Source of the DNA: Chloroflexota bacterium
Lineage (GTDB): Bacteria; Chloroflexota; Anaerolineae; B4-G1; SLSP01
NCBI GenBank assembly: GCA_019873645.1
Contig: JAIOAX010000022.1
Location: 20,599-84,598, forward strand
Length of the DNA stretch: 64,000 nt
Direction: 5' to 3'
Each line of letters opens with the position of its first letter. The stretch's first letter is position 1. Below, one piece after another: positions 25,255-34,195 of this stretch. Under the pieces are notes generated by a model, which saw only the letters and a program-made list of their open reading frames with translations, ran no database searches and was not told the origin of the DNA. Both the position numbers and the translations under genes were made by a program.

Positions 25255-26109
25255 ATGTTGCGGAATGTAAAGGTTTACAAACGTCCGACCGACATTGAGG
25301 AGGCCGTGGCGCTCGTGCAATCGAACCCCAATGCCGTCTACATCGGCGGCGGGGCATGGACGGTCGCGCAGGGCGATCCGCAGCTTGAAATGGTTGTGGA
25401 TTTGCAGGCTGCCGGCCTCAATTTCATTGACAGCTCCGTTGACGGCGTGCGTATCGGCGCCACCGTCACGTTGCAGGCCATCATAGATCATCCCGACGCC
25501 GGAACATTGGCGGATGGATTGCTGGCGCGGGCGGCGGGCTACACCCAGTCGCGCAATCTGCGTGAGCAGGGCACCCTTGGCGGCACGCTGATCGTCGCCG
25601 GTCCGGCCGATCCACTCACAACGGCGCTGCTGGTGCTCGATAGCGACATCCGCTATGCCGATCCGGTGGTGCATACCGCGCCGTTCGCCAGCTTTGTCGC
25701 CTACCGCGACCGCCTCATTAAAACGCGCGTGCTCATTACCGAAGTGCACGTCAAGCGTCCGCCCGCGCGCAGCGCCGCCACCTTCGAGGTGGTGGGACGC
25801 TCGCCCAAAGACAAGCCCATTGTCTGCGCGGCGGCTTATATCACCGTAGATGAGGGACTCCCGGCTGTGATCCGTCTCGCCGTCGGCGGCGCGGACGCGA
25901 AACCGGCCCGCCTCTACAAAACCGAACATTTGCTCAAAGGCCAGTTCCTCACGCGGGAGAAGGTCGCCAGCGCGCTGCCCGTTTCGCTGGCCGAGTTGAA
26001 CCCTGTTGGTGATTTCCGCGGCAGCGCCGAGTATCGTATGGAAATGGCAAAAGTGCTGTTGCAGCGTGCGATTTGGGGTGCATGGGAAAAAGGCCGGCGG
26101 GGTGCGTGA
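25255..26109 (+). CDS. FAD-binding subunit of the molybdopterin dehydrogenase family (CoxM/XdhB-like), orphan
   Basis: VKVYKRPTDIEEAVALV..AVYIGGGAW and the C-terminal GDFRGSAEYRMEMAKVLLQRA. No large or small subunit is adjacent. Confidence 0.65.
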   Translation: MLRNVKVYKRPTDIEEAVALVQSNPNAVYIGGGAWTVAQGDPQLEMVVDLQAAGLNFIDSSVDGVRIGATVTLQAIIDHPDAGTLADGLLARAAGYTQSRNLREQGTLGGTLIVAGPADPLTTALLVLDSDIRYADPVVHTAPFASFVAYRDRLIKTRVLITEVHVKRPPARSAATFEVVGRSPKDKPIVCAAAYITVDEGLPAVIRLAVGGADAKPARLYKTEHLLKGQFLTREKVASALPVSLAELNPVGDFRGSAEYRMEMAKVLLQRAIWGAWEKGRRGA

Positions 26110-26154
26110 ACGTTGGCCCGTTTGAACGTTCAAACGCTTGCTTAAGGAGAACTG

Positions 26155-27060
26155 ATGACCGAAGATACTGCGGAACAGGGAAAGCGTGAAACCCTTGGCT
26201 GGTCCTACGGTGGACAGGCGATTATCGAGGGGGTGATGATGCGCGGCAAATACAATGCCGCGATTGCCGTGCGGCGACCCGATGGCGAGATTGTCGTCAA
26301 GCAGGAGCCGTTGAGTAACTTCTATCGGGGTTGCTTCAGCAAAGTCCCGTTTTTGCGGGGGATACCGTTATTGTGGGATTCGCTTGGCCTGGGGATGAAG
26401 GCGTTGTTCTTCTCCGCCGAAGTTGTGGGACAGGCCGAGGATCCGGATTTTAAGATGAGCGGTGGCGCAGGCCTGGCGACCGGCGCGCTGGGGCTATTGG
26501 GCGGCATGGCGTTGTTTATGGTGTTACCCTCTTTTCTGGCCGGGTTGTTGGTGCCGGAGCGCGCGCTGCTCTTCAACATCGTCGAAGGGCTTATCCGGCT
26601 GTGCTTGCTCATCGGCTACATTGCCGCCGTTGGGCAGATGCCGGACATTCGCCGGGTGTTCGCCTATCACGGCGCGGAGCACAAAACCATCAATGCCCAC
26701 GAAGCCGGCGCGCCGCTCACCGTCGAAAGCGTGCGCACGTTTTCGACCACGCACGCGCGTTGCGGGACGGCGTTCCTGCTCATTGTCGTCTTCATCTCCA
26801 TTCTTGTGTTTGCGCCCTTGGGCCGACCCGCGTTTTTGCTCCGCATTGCGTCACGGCTATTGTTGCTGCCGGTCATCGCGGGCATCGCCTACGAGGTACT
26901 ACGTTTCACCGGCAAGTATGCCCGCAATCCGATTGTCCGCGCCATCATCACGCCGAACCTGGCCTTACAGCGGCTGACCACCCGCGAGCCGGACGATGGA
27001 ATGCTCGAGGTGGCGATTAAGGCGTTGCAGACGGTGTTAGCCGGGGAAGCAACAGCATAA
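26155..27060 (+). CDS. DUF1385 family membrane protein
   Basis: YGGQAIIEGVMMRG and YHGAEHKTINAHE, with several TM helices. SD AAGGAG lies upstream. Confidence 0.75.
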   Translation: MTEDTAEQGKRETLGWSYGGQAIIEGVMMRGKYNAAIAVRRPDGEIVVKQEPLSNFYRGCFSKVPFLRGIPLLWDSLGLGMKALFFSAEVVGQAEDPDFKMSGGAGLATGALGLLGGMALFMVLPSFLAGLLVPERALLFNIVEGLIRLCLLIGYIAAVGQMPDIRRVFAYHGAEHKTINAHEAGAPLTVESVRTFSTTHARCGTAFLLIVVFISILVFAPLGRPAFLLRIASRLLLLPVIAGIAYEVLRFTGKYARNPIVRAIITPNLALQRLTTREPDDGMLEVAIKALQTVLAGEATA

Positions 27061-27160
27061 GTACAGAGGGATATTATTTCTTGCGAAGGTTTCCAAATCT
27101 TTGCAAAGGCAGGTTGTATGGTATAATTTTTTATAGCTGATTCGGACAAAGGATCTCTTT

Positions 27161-27490
27161 GTGGCGCGAGAGACAATCTTTCAGTTTTTGCTAGAACCTG
27201 ATGTGGCGGTGCGCGTGCGCTTTATCCGCACCCGCGGCAAAATAATCTCTTTTGTTGTACAGTTAGAATGTTGGATTGCCGAGCATTGGTATCCGGTGAT
27301 ACGTTATGATACAGCACATGGTTTTGCGCATTGTGATAGGCTTAACCTTGACGGTTCACAAGAGAAACAGACACTATCAGTCCAGGATTTCAACGATGCC
27401 TTGACTTACGCACAAAACGACTTGCGGGCTAACTTTCGGCGTTATTGTGAACGATTTAAGGAGCAGTTAAATGAAAAAACCAATTGCTGA
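27161..27490 (+). CDS. Hypothetical protein (AT-richer two-gene cassette, gene 1)
   Basis: 109-aa ORF with a GTG start and lower GC than its surroundings. No family recognised with confidence. Confidence 0.4.
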   Translation: MARETIFQFLLEPDVAVRVRFIRTRGKIISFVVQLECWIAEHWYPVIRYDTAHGFAHCDRLNLDGSQEKQTLSVQDFNDALTYAQNDLRANFRRYCERFKEQLNEKTNC

Positions 27491-27740
27491 ACGCAATCTG
27501 GATCTGGTAATGACGCTAATGCGCTTTATTCTGGACCAGCCACGCATTCTTGACCGCTTGCCGCCTGATTTCCGACTGGTATTGCTACCCGACGATGACC
27601 CGGAGTTGAGTCGTTACAATTTTGACTTACTGGCACAGCAGCCTGAGCCAGAACAGCCAGTTGTGTTCGTGCGATTGAAGTTGCATCCGCTTAATCTTCA
27701 AGTGCGCCCGCCACAGGTATATGTGCCTGTGGCGGTATAA
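27471..27740 (+). CDS. Hypothetical protein (cassette gene 2)
   Basis: 89-aa ORF overlapping gene 1 by 20 nt. Confidence 0.4.
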   Translation: MKKPIAERNLDLVMTLMRFILDQPRILDRLPPDFRLVLLPDDDPELSRYNFDLLAQQPEPEQPVVFVRLKLHPLNLQVRPPQVYVPVAV

Positions 27741-27810
27741 ACGGTACCTTCAAAGTCGCGCTAATGGCTTATTTTCGGATGGTACGTGGAGTATTACCTT
27801 TTGAAAAGGC

Positions 27811-28698
27811 CTATGTTGTCACCGCCGGCCGGAATCCCTCCCCTAACACCTCATGCGCCTCGGAGACCACAACGAAAGCGTTGGGGTCCACCTCGGCAAT
27901 GAGATTTTTGAGCTGTGTAACCTGCGTGCGATAAACCACCACATACAGCGCCGGACGCGGAGCCCCCGTATAGCCCCCGCGTGCCTCCAGAATAGTGACC
28001 CCGCGTCCCAATTTCTCGAAGATCGCCTGTCGCACCGCCGTGTGCGCCTCAGAGATAATGAGCGCCGAGCGCGCATACCCCACGCCTTCCTGGACGAAAT
28101 CCACCATGCGCCCCGACACAAAGTTGACCACCAGCGCGTACAGCACCGGTACGATACCCACGACGGCCGCCGCACTTAGGAGAATCAGTCCGTTGATGGC
28201 GATGAGCACCTGGCCGAAAGGGACGCCGTGATAGCGCGTCATCAACTGCGCCACAATATCGGTACCGCCGGTGGTGCCGCGTCCGCGCAGCACCAGCCCA
28301 ATGCCGATGCCGTCCAGCAGCCCGCCGAACAGCGTGTAGAGCAGCGGATCGGCGGCGACGGGTGACAGATAACGGCTGAGAACGTCAATCGCTACCGTAT
28401 ACACGACAACGGCGAAGATCGTGCGGGTGAAGAAGCGCAGGCCACCGCCCCATTTGATGCCGGCCAGCAACAACGGGATGTTGATCAACAACGTCACCAG
28501 ACCGATGGGCCAGCCCCACAGGTAGTACGCCAACATTCCCAGGCCGGTCACACCGGTCGAAACCACGTGGTTGGGTTCCAGGAACAAGGGGACATTGGCC
28601 GCGATGATCACCGCGCCGACAAAGATGAGCAGATAATCATAGATACCGTGCATGACACGACTGAATTGGGGATGCTGCTTAAACTTTTTCATCAACAC
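27811..28698 (-). CDS. YitT-family membrane protein (DUF2179 C-terminus)
   Basis: Five or six TM helices, GTTGGTDIV, and a C-terminal DUF2179-like segment VTILEARGGYTG.... Confidence 0.75.
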   Translation of the reverse strand: MLMKKFKQHPQFSRVMHGIYDYLLIFVGAVIIAANVPLFLEPNHVVSTGVTGLGMLAYYLWGWPIGLVTLLINIPLLLAGIKWGGGLRFFTRTIFAVVVYTVAIDVLSRYLSPVAADPLLYTLFGGLLDGIGIGLVLRGRGTTGGTDIVAQLMTRYHGVPFGQVLIAINGLILLSAAAVVGIVPVLYALVVNFVSGRMVDFVQEGVGYARSALIISEAHTAVRQAIFEKLGRGVTILEARGGYTGAPRPALYVVVYRTQVTQLKNLIAEVDPNAFVVVSEAHEVLGEGFRPAVTT

Positions 28699-28762
28699 CT
28701 CTGGGAAAGCGTTTGAACTTTGGTTGACAAAAGCGTCGTTTCTGCTACAATTTCAACCGCTT

Positions 28763-28835
28763 GGCCCCATCGTCTAGTGGCCTAGGACGCTGGCCTCTCA
28801 AGCCGGAAACAGGGATTCGAATTCCCTTGGGGCCA
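28763..28835 (+). tRNA. tRNA-Glu (anticodon CUC)
   Basis: Acceptor GGCCCCA/TGGGGCC, D-arm GTCTAGTGGCCTAGGAC typical of tRNA-Glu, anticodon loop CTCTCAA, and T-arm GGGATTCGAATTCCC. CCA is not encoded. Confidence 0.85.
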
Positions 28836-28846
28836 TCGGCTGAATC

Positions 28847-28884
28847 CGCCCCCTTCGTGTTGTGCGAAGGGGGCGGTGTTTTTA
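28847..28884. terminator. Rho-independent terminator, bidirectional position
   Basis: CCGCCCCCTTCG / CGAAGGGGGCGG form a 12-bp stem followed by TGTTTTT. It lies between the tRNA and the convergent TPR gene. Confidence 0.8.
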
Positions 28885-29853
28885 GGGGGTTGGTGTGGTG
28901 TCGTCGGGCTTGGGGACAAACATTTGCTGATAGAGATAGGCCATCTGGATCCGGGCGATGGCCGCAATTTCGGCGTCCCCGGCCTCATCGGCTAAACGCG
29001 CGGCTTCCTCAAACTGCGTCTGCGCCTCGGACAAGTTGCCCAAATCGGCGTTGGCCTGGCCCAGATATAAGTGTGCCCGCGCCGACTTGGGGTTAAGGGC
29101 AAGCGCGGCTTCCGCATCGGTGATAACCGCCTCGGGCATGCCGAGGGTGAGATAAACCTGGGCGCGCAGAAGCAAGAACTCCTCACGGCTCGCAGCGGCG
29201 GCCTCCGCAGCGGCGAATGTTGTTGCGGCTTCTGCTTCCATGCCGAGTTGGGTCTGGATGACACCTTTTAACGCCAGTAAACCGGCATCGTCAGGAACAG
29301 CTTGTAAGGCCGCATTGATCTCATTCAGTGCTGTGACATAATCCCCGTTTTGGGCCAACTGCTCCGCCATTTGTTGATGGCGCAGACGCGCCCGCGTGGC
29401 GGCATCAGGCCGCAGGAAGAGCCTATACACGCCGAACAGCACGGCCAGGACCGCCGCGCCGATCAACAATGCTCTGGTTTGACGGCGCAAACGCAATGTG
29501 TGCTGCTCGGCAAGCCACCGGTCTATGAACCACCACCACCGGGACGGATCGGGATTATACTCGCTGCGCAAGGTCATCAAGGCTTCTGGTCCACCTGCTT
29601 TGCGCAGGAACGTTTTGGCCTTGCGGCGGAACAGCGCCGAAACGGTCTCAAAACGGGTTTTCTCTGCCGCGATCGATGCGCCATTGCGCTCCAAATCGGC
29701 CATCAATGCTGTCGCTTCATCAAAGAGCTGCGGAATATGGCGCGCTTCTTCGCTGCTATCGTGCTCTAGTTTGCCGATGTATTTTTCCAATTGAGTCAAC
29801 AACTCGCGCAATTGCGCTGCCGGCGTCGCCCGAAACTCTCTTTGTTGGAACAT
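28882..29853 (-). CDS. TPR-repeat protein with one TM helix
   Basis: TM helix ALLIGAAVLAVLFGVYRLF followed by TPR-like A/L-rich repeats. I chose ATG 29853 because AGAGGA sits 8 nt upstream. Confidence 0.65.
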   Translation of the reverse strand: MFQQREFRATPAAQLRELLTQLEKYIGKLEHDSSEEARHIPQLFDEATALMADLERNGASIAAEKTRFETVSALFRRKAKTFLRKAGGPEALMTLRSEYNPDPSRWWWFIDRWLAEQHTLRLRRQTRALLIGAAVLAVLFGVYRLFLRPDAATRARLRHQQMAEQLAQNGDYVTALNEINAALQAVPDDAGLLALKGVIQTQLGMEAEAATTFAAAEAAAASREEFLLLRAQVYLTLGMPEAVITDAEAALALNPKSARAHLYLGQANADLGNLSEAQTQFEEAARLADEAGDAEIAAIARIQMAYLYQQMFVPKPDDTTPTP

Positions 29854-29926
29854 ATTCTGGCATCCTCTTTGCAATCAGCAGATTGAGCAGATTTTTTGAG
29901 CACACAACCTGCCTTCCGATAAAATC

Positions 29927-30346
29927 TCACTCATCCAGATCAATGGCGCCGGGCATGACCACCTTAACCACATCGCCATGAACGTTGATGATGACACGCA
30001 GTCCCATCAGCCCCAGCCACTGTCGCACATCTTCGGGCAATCCCGTGTTAAGCAGGTTCTTGATGTTCTCCGGCATCTGTCCCAGAGAGGCTTCTACAGC
30101 GGCTTTGGTGAACAGGTCATCCTTGCCCAGGAGCTTCAACATCCCCTGGACCACGGCTTCCCGGTTCTGCAATACCTCTTCTCGCATCACGTTGAGTACA
30201 TGTTGGTCTATGTTTTCCGACGGAATATGCCGCAAGAATCCGCTATCATCCACCACATAATGCGGCACACCGCCGATGTAGGTCACGTTAACGGGATTAT
30301 CCGTTTCATCAACGACCAGCCCCTCGAAAACTGCCACGCGCGCCAT
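29927..30346 (-). CDS. Hypothetical protein
   Basis: 139-aa ORF with normal codon and GC character. No recognisable motif. Confidence 0.5.
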   Translation of the reverse strand: MARVAVFEGLVVDETDNPVNVTYIGGVPHYVVDDSGFLRHIPSENIDQHVLNVMREEVLQNREAVVQGMLKLLGKDDLFTKAAVEASLGQMPENIKNLLNTGLPEDVRQWLGLMGLRVIINVHGDVVKVVMPGAIDLDE

Positions 30347-30483
30347 GACATCCTCCTGTCGCTTGCTTTATGCTCAAACCATTATACACTATATCTGTTA
30401 TGGATGCGCTAATTTGTGACTCTATCTGACTCCTTATCTTATCGAAAATCAACACAGAGACCAACAACTTTAAGGAGGTTACC

Positions 30484-31452
30484 TTGAGCACATTTCCCTC
30501 TGTTGCCGTAGTGACCGATTCCGCTGCTGGTATCCCGGAAGCCTTGCGCCAGCAGTACCGCATTGAAGTCGTGCCCTTATGGGTCATTATGGGCAAAGAC
30601 TCCTATCGCTCCGGGTTGGATATGACGCCGGAGATTTTCTACCGGGAGCTACGGGCGCATCCTGAGATGAATGTATCTACCAGTGTGCCTGCGGCGCAGA
30701 TGTTTCTTGAAACGTTTCAAAAGCAAGCGCAGTGGGCCAAGAGTATCGTCAGCGTCCATGTCGCCGGCAAACAGAGCGGCACATGCAATACCGCCGAGCT
30801 CGCCGGTCGGGAAAGCCCGGTGCCGGTGACGGTGGTTGATTCGCAGACGACGGCTATGGGACAGGGATTTGTGGCGCTGGAAGCAGCGCGCGCCGCCGCG
30901 GAGGGCGCTCCGCACGCTGAAGTGGTTGCCAAAGCGCGGGCGGTGGTCCCCAACGCTGGCGTGGTCGCCCTGCTGGAAACGGTGAGCTATGCCTTCAAAG
31001 GTGGACGGTTAGCCAGCGCCGCCGGTACGGTAGGCAGCTTGCTCAAAATCTCACCGCTGGTGCGTGTGCAGAACAACCGCGTGAGTCTGATCGGGCAGGC
31101 GCGCCGCCGTAGCAAAGGTATCGCTGCGGTGATCGAAAAAGTTGTGGATGAAGTTGAGGATAACCCGGTTCATCTGGCCGTGCACTATGCCGAGGATGAA
31201 ACGGAAGGGATGTATGTACTGGAAGAGCTAAAAAAGCTGCTGCGTTGCGTTGAATCCTATCTTACGCGCGTGCCCATTGAGCTAGGTGTGCATGCCGGGC
31301 CGGGCGCGTTGGGAGTCGCCTATTACATCGAGCGGCAAGTTTCTGGCATCTCGCAACAGTTGGAAAAACTATCCAGCTACGCGCGCGGCGCGAAAGAGGC
31401 CATCCTCTCGCGGGTGCCATGGGCGCAAAAGGATACAGATGAGGATGAATGA
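30484..31452 (+). CDS. DegV-family fatty-acid-binding protein
   Basis: VAVVTDSAAGIP... N-terminus and overall DegV pattern. TTG start with SD AAGGAGG 6 nt upstream. Confidence 0.75.
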   Translation: MSTFPSVAVVTDSAAGIPEALRQQYRIEVVPLWVIMGKDSYRSGLDMTPEIFYRELRAHPEMNVSTSVPAAQMFLETFQKQAQWAKSIVSVHVAGKQSGTCNTAELAGRESPVPVTVVDSQTTAMGQGFVALEAARAAAEGAPHAEVVAKARAVVPNAGVVALLETVSYAFKGGRLASAAGTVGSLLKISPLVRVQNNRVSLIGQARRRSKGIAAVIEKVVDEVEDNPVHLAVHYAEDETEGMYVLEELKKLLRCVESYLTRVPIELGVHAGPGALGVAYYIERQVSGISQQLEKLSSYARGAKEAILSRVPWAQKDTDEDE

Positions 31453-31721
31453 CTCCTTTGTAAAGAAGTCCAATTCACCGCAGAGACGCAAAGAACGCAG
31501 AGAAGAATTCAAGTTTAAATCAATAAAATTAGTGCTAAGATGCGAAAAACTTAATCATATTGAATCCGACATAAAATCTTTGTACCCTCTGCGCCTCGGC
31601 GATGAGATTCTTAGTTTTTTTCAGTAGACTTATGAATGAAACCACCTTGTCAGAGATGCCAAGTGTGTTATGATTTACAGAGCCTGGGGATGCATATATA
31701 TCCCAGGGGGAGAGAGCATAT

Positions 31722-31926
31722 ATGGTGAATACGATCAGGATCACTTTGCCAGGTGAACGCTTGGTTCGGTTGAAGTAAATAGCGCAACATTTAGGGGTTG
31801 CGTTTGAAGAACTGGCGCGTGCGAGTGTCGAAGACCTGCTTACTTTCCTGGATGAAATGTTTCAACGTATCCTTGACCGTATTCTTAAAAAATGCTGAAC
31901 TTGATCGTCAATTGGCTACGTTGTAA
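31722..31926 (+). pseudogene. Decayed ribbon-helix-helix-type antitoxin gene
   Basis: Reads MVNTIRITLPGERLVRLK*IAQHLGVAFEELARASVEDLL..DEMFQRILDRILKK then, after a 1-nt frameshift in an A-run, NAELDRQLATL*. That is one nonsense codon plus one frameshift. Confidence 0.5.
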
Positions 31927-31995
31927 TGATTTATCTAACCCTGAGACAGTATTTCAATGCAAAAACGGCTTCAAAATATAAGGAACAAGAAATCT

Positions 31996-32514
31996 ATGTC
32001 ACGTAATGTAGATATTAAGCGGATGACCTTAATTGCCCTTATGGGCGCGTTGATCTTTGTGCTGACGGCGTTGGTGCGCATTCCCGTCCCGGCGACGAAC
32101 GGCTATGTCCACCTGGGCGACGCCGCCATCACATTCACAGCTTATGCGTTCGGTCCCTGGGTGGCGGCTGTGGCCGGTGGGATCGGAACGGCTATGGCCG
32201 ATATGCTCGGCTACCCCCAATGGGCGCCATTTTCGTTGCTCATCCACGGCGCGCAGGGATTGGCGATGGGTTGGATTGTGCGGAAGCGCCTCAATACCCT
32301 GACGGTGGTGCTGTCGGTCGTCATCGGCGCGGGAGTGGTGGTTGCAGGATACTTCGCCGCCGGGACGTTCCTGGTCGGCGTGGCTGCGGCAGGATTGGAA
32401 TTGCTCCCCAATACCCTGCAAGCCTTGAGCGGCGGGCTGATCGGTGTTCCGCTGTATCTGGCCGTGCGGCGCGCTTATCCGCCGCTGGGAACTTATTCCA
32501 ACCGCATTGAGTAA
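31996..32514 (+). CDS. ECF transporter S (substrate-capture) component, substrate unknown
   Basis: Six-TM small protein with VRIPVPATNGYVHLGDAAI. ECF A and T genes follow. The start could be 31957. Confidence 0.7.
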   Translation: MSRNVDIKRMTLIALMGALIFVLTALVRIPVPATNGYVHLGDAAITFTAYAFGPWVAAVAGGIGTAMADMLGYPQWAPFSLLIHGAQGLAMGWIVRKRLNTLTVVLSVVIGAGVVVAGYFAAGTFLVGVAAAGLELLPNTLQALSGGLIGVPLYLAVRRAYPPLGTYSNRIE

Positions 32515-32519
32515 TGGGG

Positions 32520-32645
32520 GCGTTTCAACTTCGGGGCAAATCTTATTGTGGCCGGTCTCTGACCGCGCCACTGAAAATCAGGCGATGTGCAGGCGCGGTC
32601 TGGAGACCGGCCTGAGCATTGCCCCATCACCCTTTCCTGAAATGC
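32520..32645 (-). mobile_element. MITE-like hairpin element (GGCCGGTCTC core), full-length copy
   Basis: Arms GGCCGGTCTCTGACCGCGCC (32550-32569) and GGCGCGGTCTGGAGACCGGCC (32592-32612). Ends GCGTTTCAACT ... CCTGAAATGC. Starts 6 nt after the S-component stop. Confidence 0.7.
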
Positions 32646-32683
32646 ATCCTGAGTAACCGCAAAAAGCCAGCTAGCGAGTGTTT

Positions 32684-32710
32684 GTAGCGCGAGTTGATCA
32701 CTCGCGCTAC
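32684..32710 (+). terminator. Terminator-like hairpin between the S component and the ECF ATPase
   Basis: GTAGCGCGAGT / ACTCGCGCTAC form an 11-bp stem with a 5-nt loop, then AATTTTG. Confidence 0.4.
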
Positions 32711-32731
32711 AATTTTGTTGGAGTAAAGAAC

Positions 32732-34192
32732 GTGCTCACTGCTGAACATTTGAGTTTCGCTTACCCATCGCCGGGGCCAGGATTGCCTGCGACCGAGGCG
32801 CTGCGAGATATCTCCTTGCACCTGGAGACCGGCGAGACATTAGCTGTGATGGGCGCCAGCGGCAGCGGTAAGAGCACCCTCTGCCACGCGCTGGCGGGCC
32901 TGGCGCCACGCTATACCGGCGGGCGTATCTCCGGCGCAGTGCGCACGGCGGGCTACGATGTTCTCGCGGAAATGCCGCCGACTGGCACGGTGGGCGTCCT
33001 TTTCCAGGATGCCGCCACGCAGCTTTTCAATCCGACGGTTGAGGATGAGGTTGCCTGGGGATTGGAGGCATTGGGCACGCCGCCGCAGCGTATCGGCGCA
33101 CTGGTGGAGGAAGCGCTTGCCCGGTTTGGGCTGCTGGAAGCGCGCTCCCGCGCCCCGTGGACGCTTTCCGGTGGACAGCAGAAGCGGCTGGCATTGGCTG
33201 CGGTGTGGGCCATGCAGCCGCGCGTCCTGCTGTTAGATGAACCCCTCGGCGGCCTGGACCCACAGGGGCGCGCCGAAGTGCTGGCGGCCCTCACAACGTT
33301 GCAGCACGGCGGCGCGACGACGCTGCTTACCACCTTCCGCCCAGAGGCCGCTATGCTGGCCCCGACGACGCTAATCTTGACCGAAGGCACCGCGATGGCC
33401 CCCATCCCCACAACGACCGTGCTGCAAGATGAAGCGCGATTGATTGAAGCCGGCATCCTTTATCCGCCCCATCGCTGGCCTTCCTTAGCGGCTCAGAGCG
33501 CATCCCTGGCGCGACCGGCACTTATTCTTCAGGACGTGCACTTCACCTATACCGACGGCTATGCGGCGCTCCACGGCGTCAACCTGGAGATTCCGCAGGG
33601 GCAGTTTGTCGCCGTCATCGGGCCGAACGGTGCCGGCAAGAGCACGCTGTTGCGCCACTTCAACGGGTTGTTGCGCCCGACGCGCGGGACGGTGCGCGTG
33701 TTCGGCAAAAACGCCGCCGGCCGCACAACCGGCGACCTGGCGCGCGATGTCGGCTTTCTGTTCCAGCGCCCGGAGCAACAACTTTTTGCGGCGACCGTGT
33801 ACGATGAAGTCGCGTTCGGCGTCCGCGCCCTGCGCCTTGAGAACGCTGCCCGGCGTGTGGAAGGGGCGCTGGCGCGCTTTGGATTGAGCGCGTTCGCCCA
33901 ACTGCCGCCTTCGCTCTTGAGTTACGGGATGCAGCGCGCCGTCACCCTTGCGGCGTTGGCGGCGCTGGATACGCCTATCCTGGCGCTGGATGAGCCAGAA
34001 GTTGGCCTTGACGGACGTGAGTGGGCGCGGCTCCTGACCTGGCTTGCCGAACGACGCGCTGCCGGCGCGACGATTGTGCTGGTGACCCACGAGATGGACC
34101 TGGCAGCCCGCGCCGACCGTGTGGTCGCGTTGGCCGAAGGGCGCGTAGTCGCCGATGGTACACCGGACGAAGTGTTATCCTGTCGAGGATGA
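32732..34192 (+). CDS. ECF transporter fused ATPase (EcfA1-EcfA2)
   Basis: Two ABC domains: GASGSGKST / LSGGQQKRL / LLLDEP and GPNGAGKST / LALDEP. GTG 32732 follows a GGAG SD. The 32678 start would span the hairpin. Confidence 0.85.
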   Translation: MLTAEHLSFAYPSPGPGLPATEALRDISLHLETGETLAVMGASGSGKSTLCHALAGLAPRYTGGRISGAVRTAGYDVLAEMPPTGTVGVLFQDAATQLFNPTVEDEVAWGLEALGTPPQRIGALVEEALARFGLLEARSRAPWTLSGGQQKRLALAAVWAMQPRVLLLDEPLGGLDPQGRAEVLAALTTLQHGGATTLLTTFRPEAAMLAPTTLILTEGTAMAPIPTTTVLQDEARLIEAGILYPPHRWPSLAAQSASLARPALILQDVHFTYTDGYAALHGVNLEIPQGQFVAVIGPNGAGKSTLLRHFNGLLRPTRGTVRVFGKNAAGRTTGDLARDVGFLFQRPEQQLFAATVYDEVAFGVRALRLENAARRVEGALARFGLSAFAQLPPSLLSYGMQRAVTLAALAALDTPILALDEPEVGLDGREWARLLTWLAERRAAGATIVLVTHEMDLAARADRVVALAEGRVVADGTPDEVLSCRG

Positions 34193-34195
34193 ACT

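Noticed and set aside
25216-26133. 305-aa minus-strand ORF opposite the CoxM-like gene, and the similar cases 35354-36046, 45096-45821, 39567-40316 (+), 51347-52177 (+) and 53961-54641 (+)
   Set aside because: All are antisense shadows of genes with recognisable family signatures.
28763-29000. tRNA-Glu as an integration site for a mobile island
   Set aside because: No integrase, no direct repeat of the tRNA 3' end, and no compositional break follow it. It is followed by a terminator and an ordinary TPR gene.
31286-31744. ORFs 31286-31627 (+) and 31535-31744 (-) in the AT-rich spacer after degV
   Set aside because: The first is an out-of-frame read-through of the degV 3' end into CAGAGACGCAAAGAACGCAGAGAAG word repeats. 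The second has no SD and overlaps the decayed antitoxin. Neither has coding support.
31927-31995. Possible TPP/other riboswitch upstream of the ECF S component (an ACCCTGAGA string)
   Set aside because: Only a CUGAGA-like hexamer is present. The region is too short and lacks the other conserved THI-box helices. Most of the upstream spacer is a decayed antitoxin gene.
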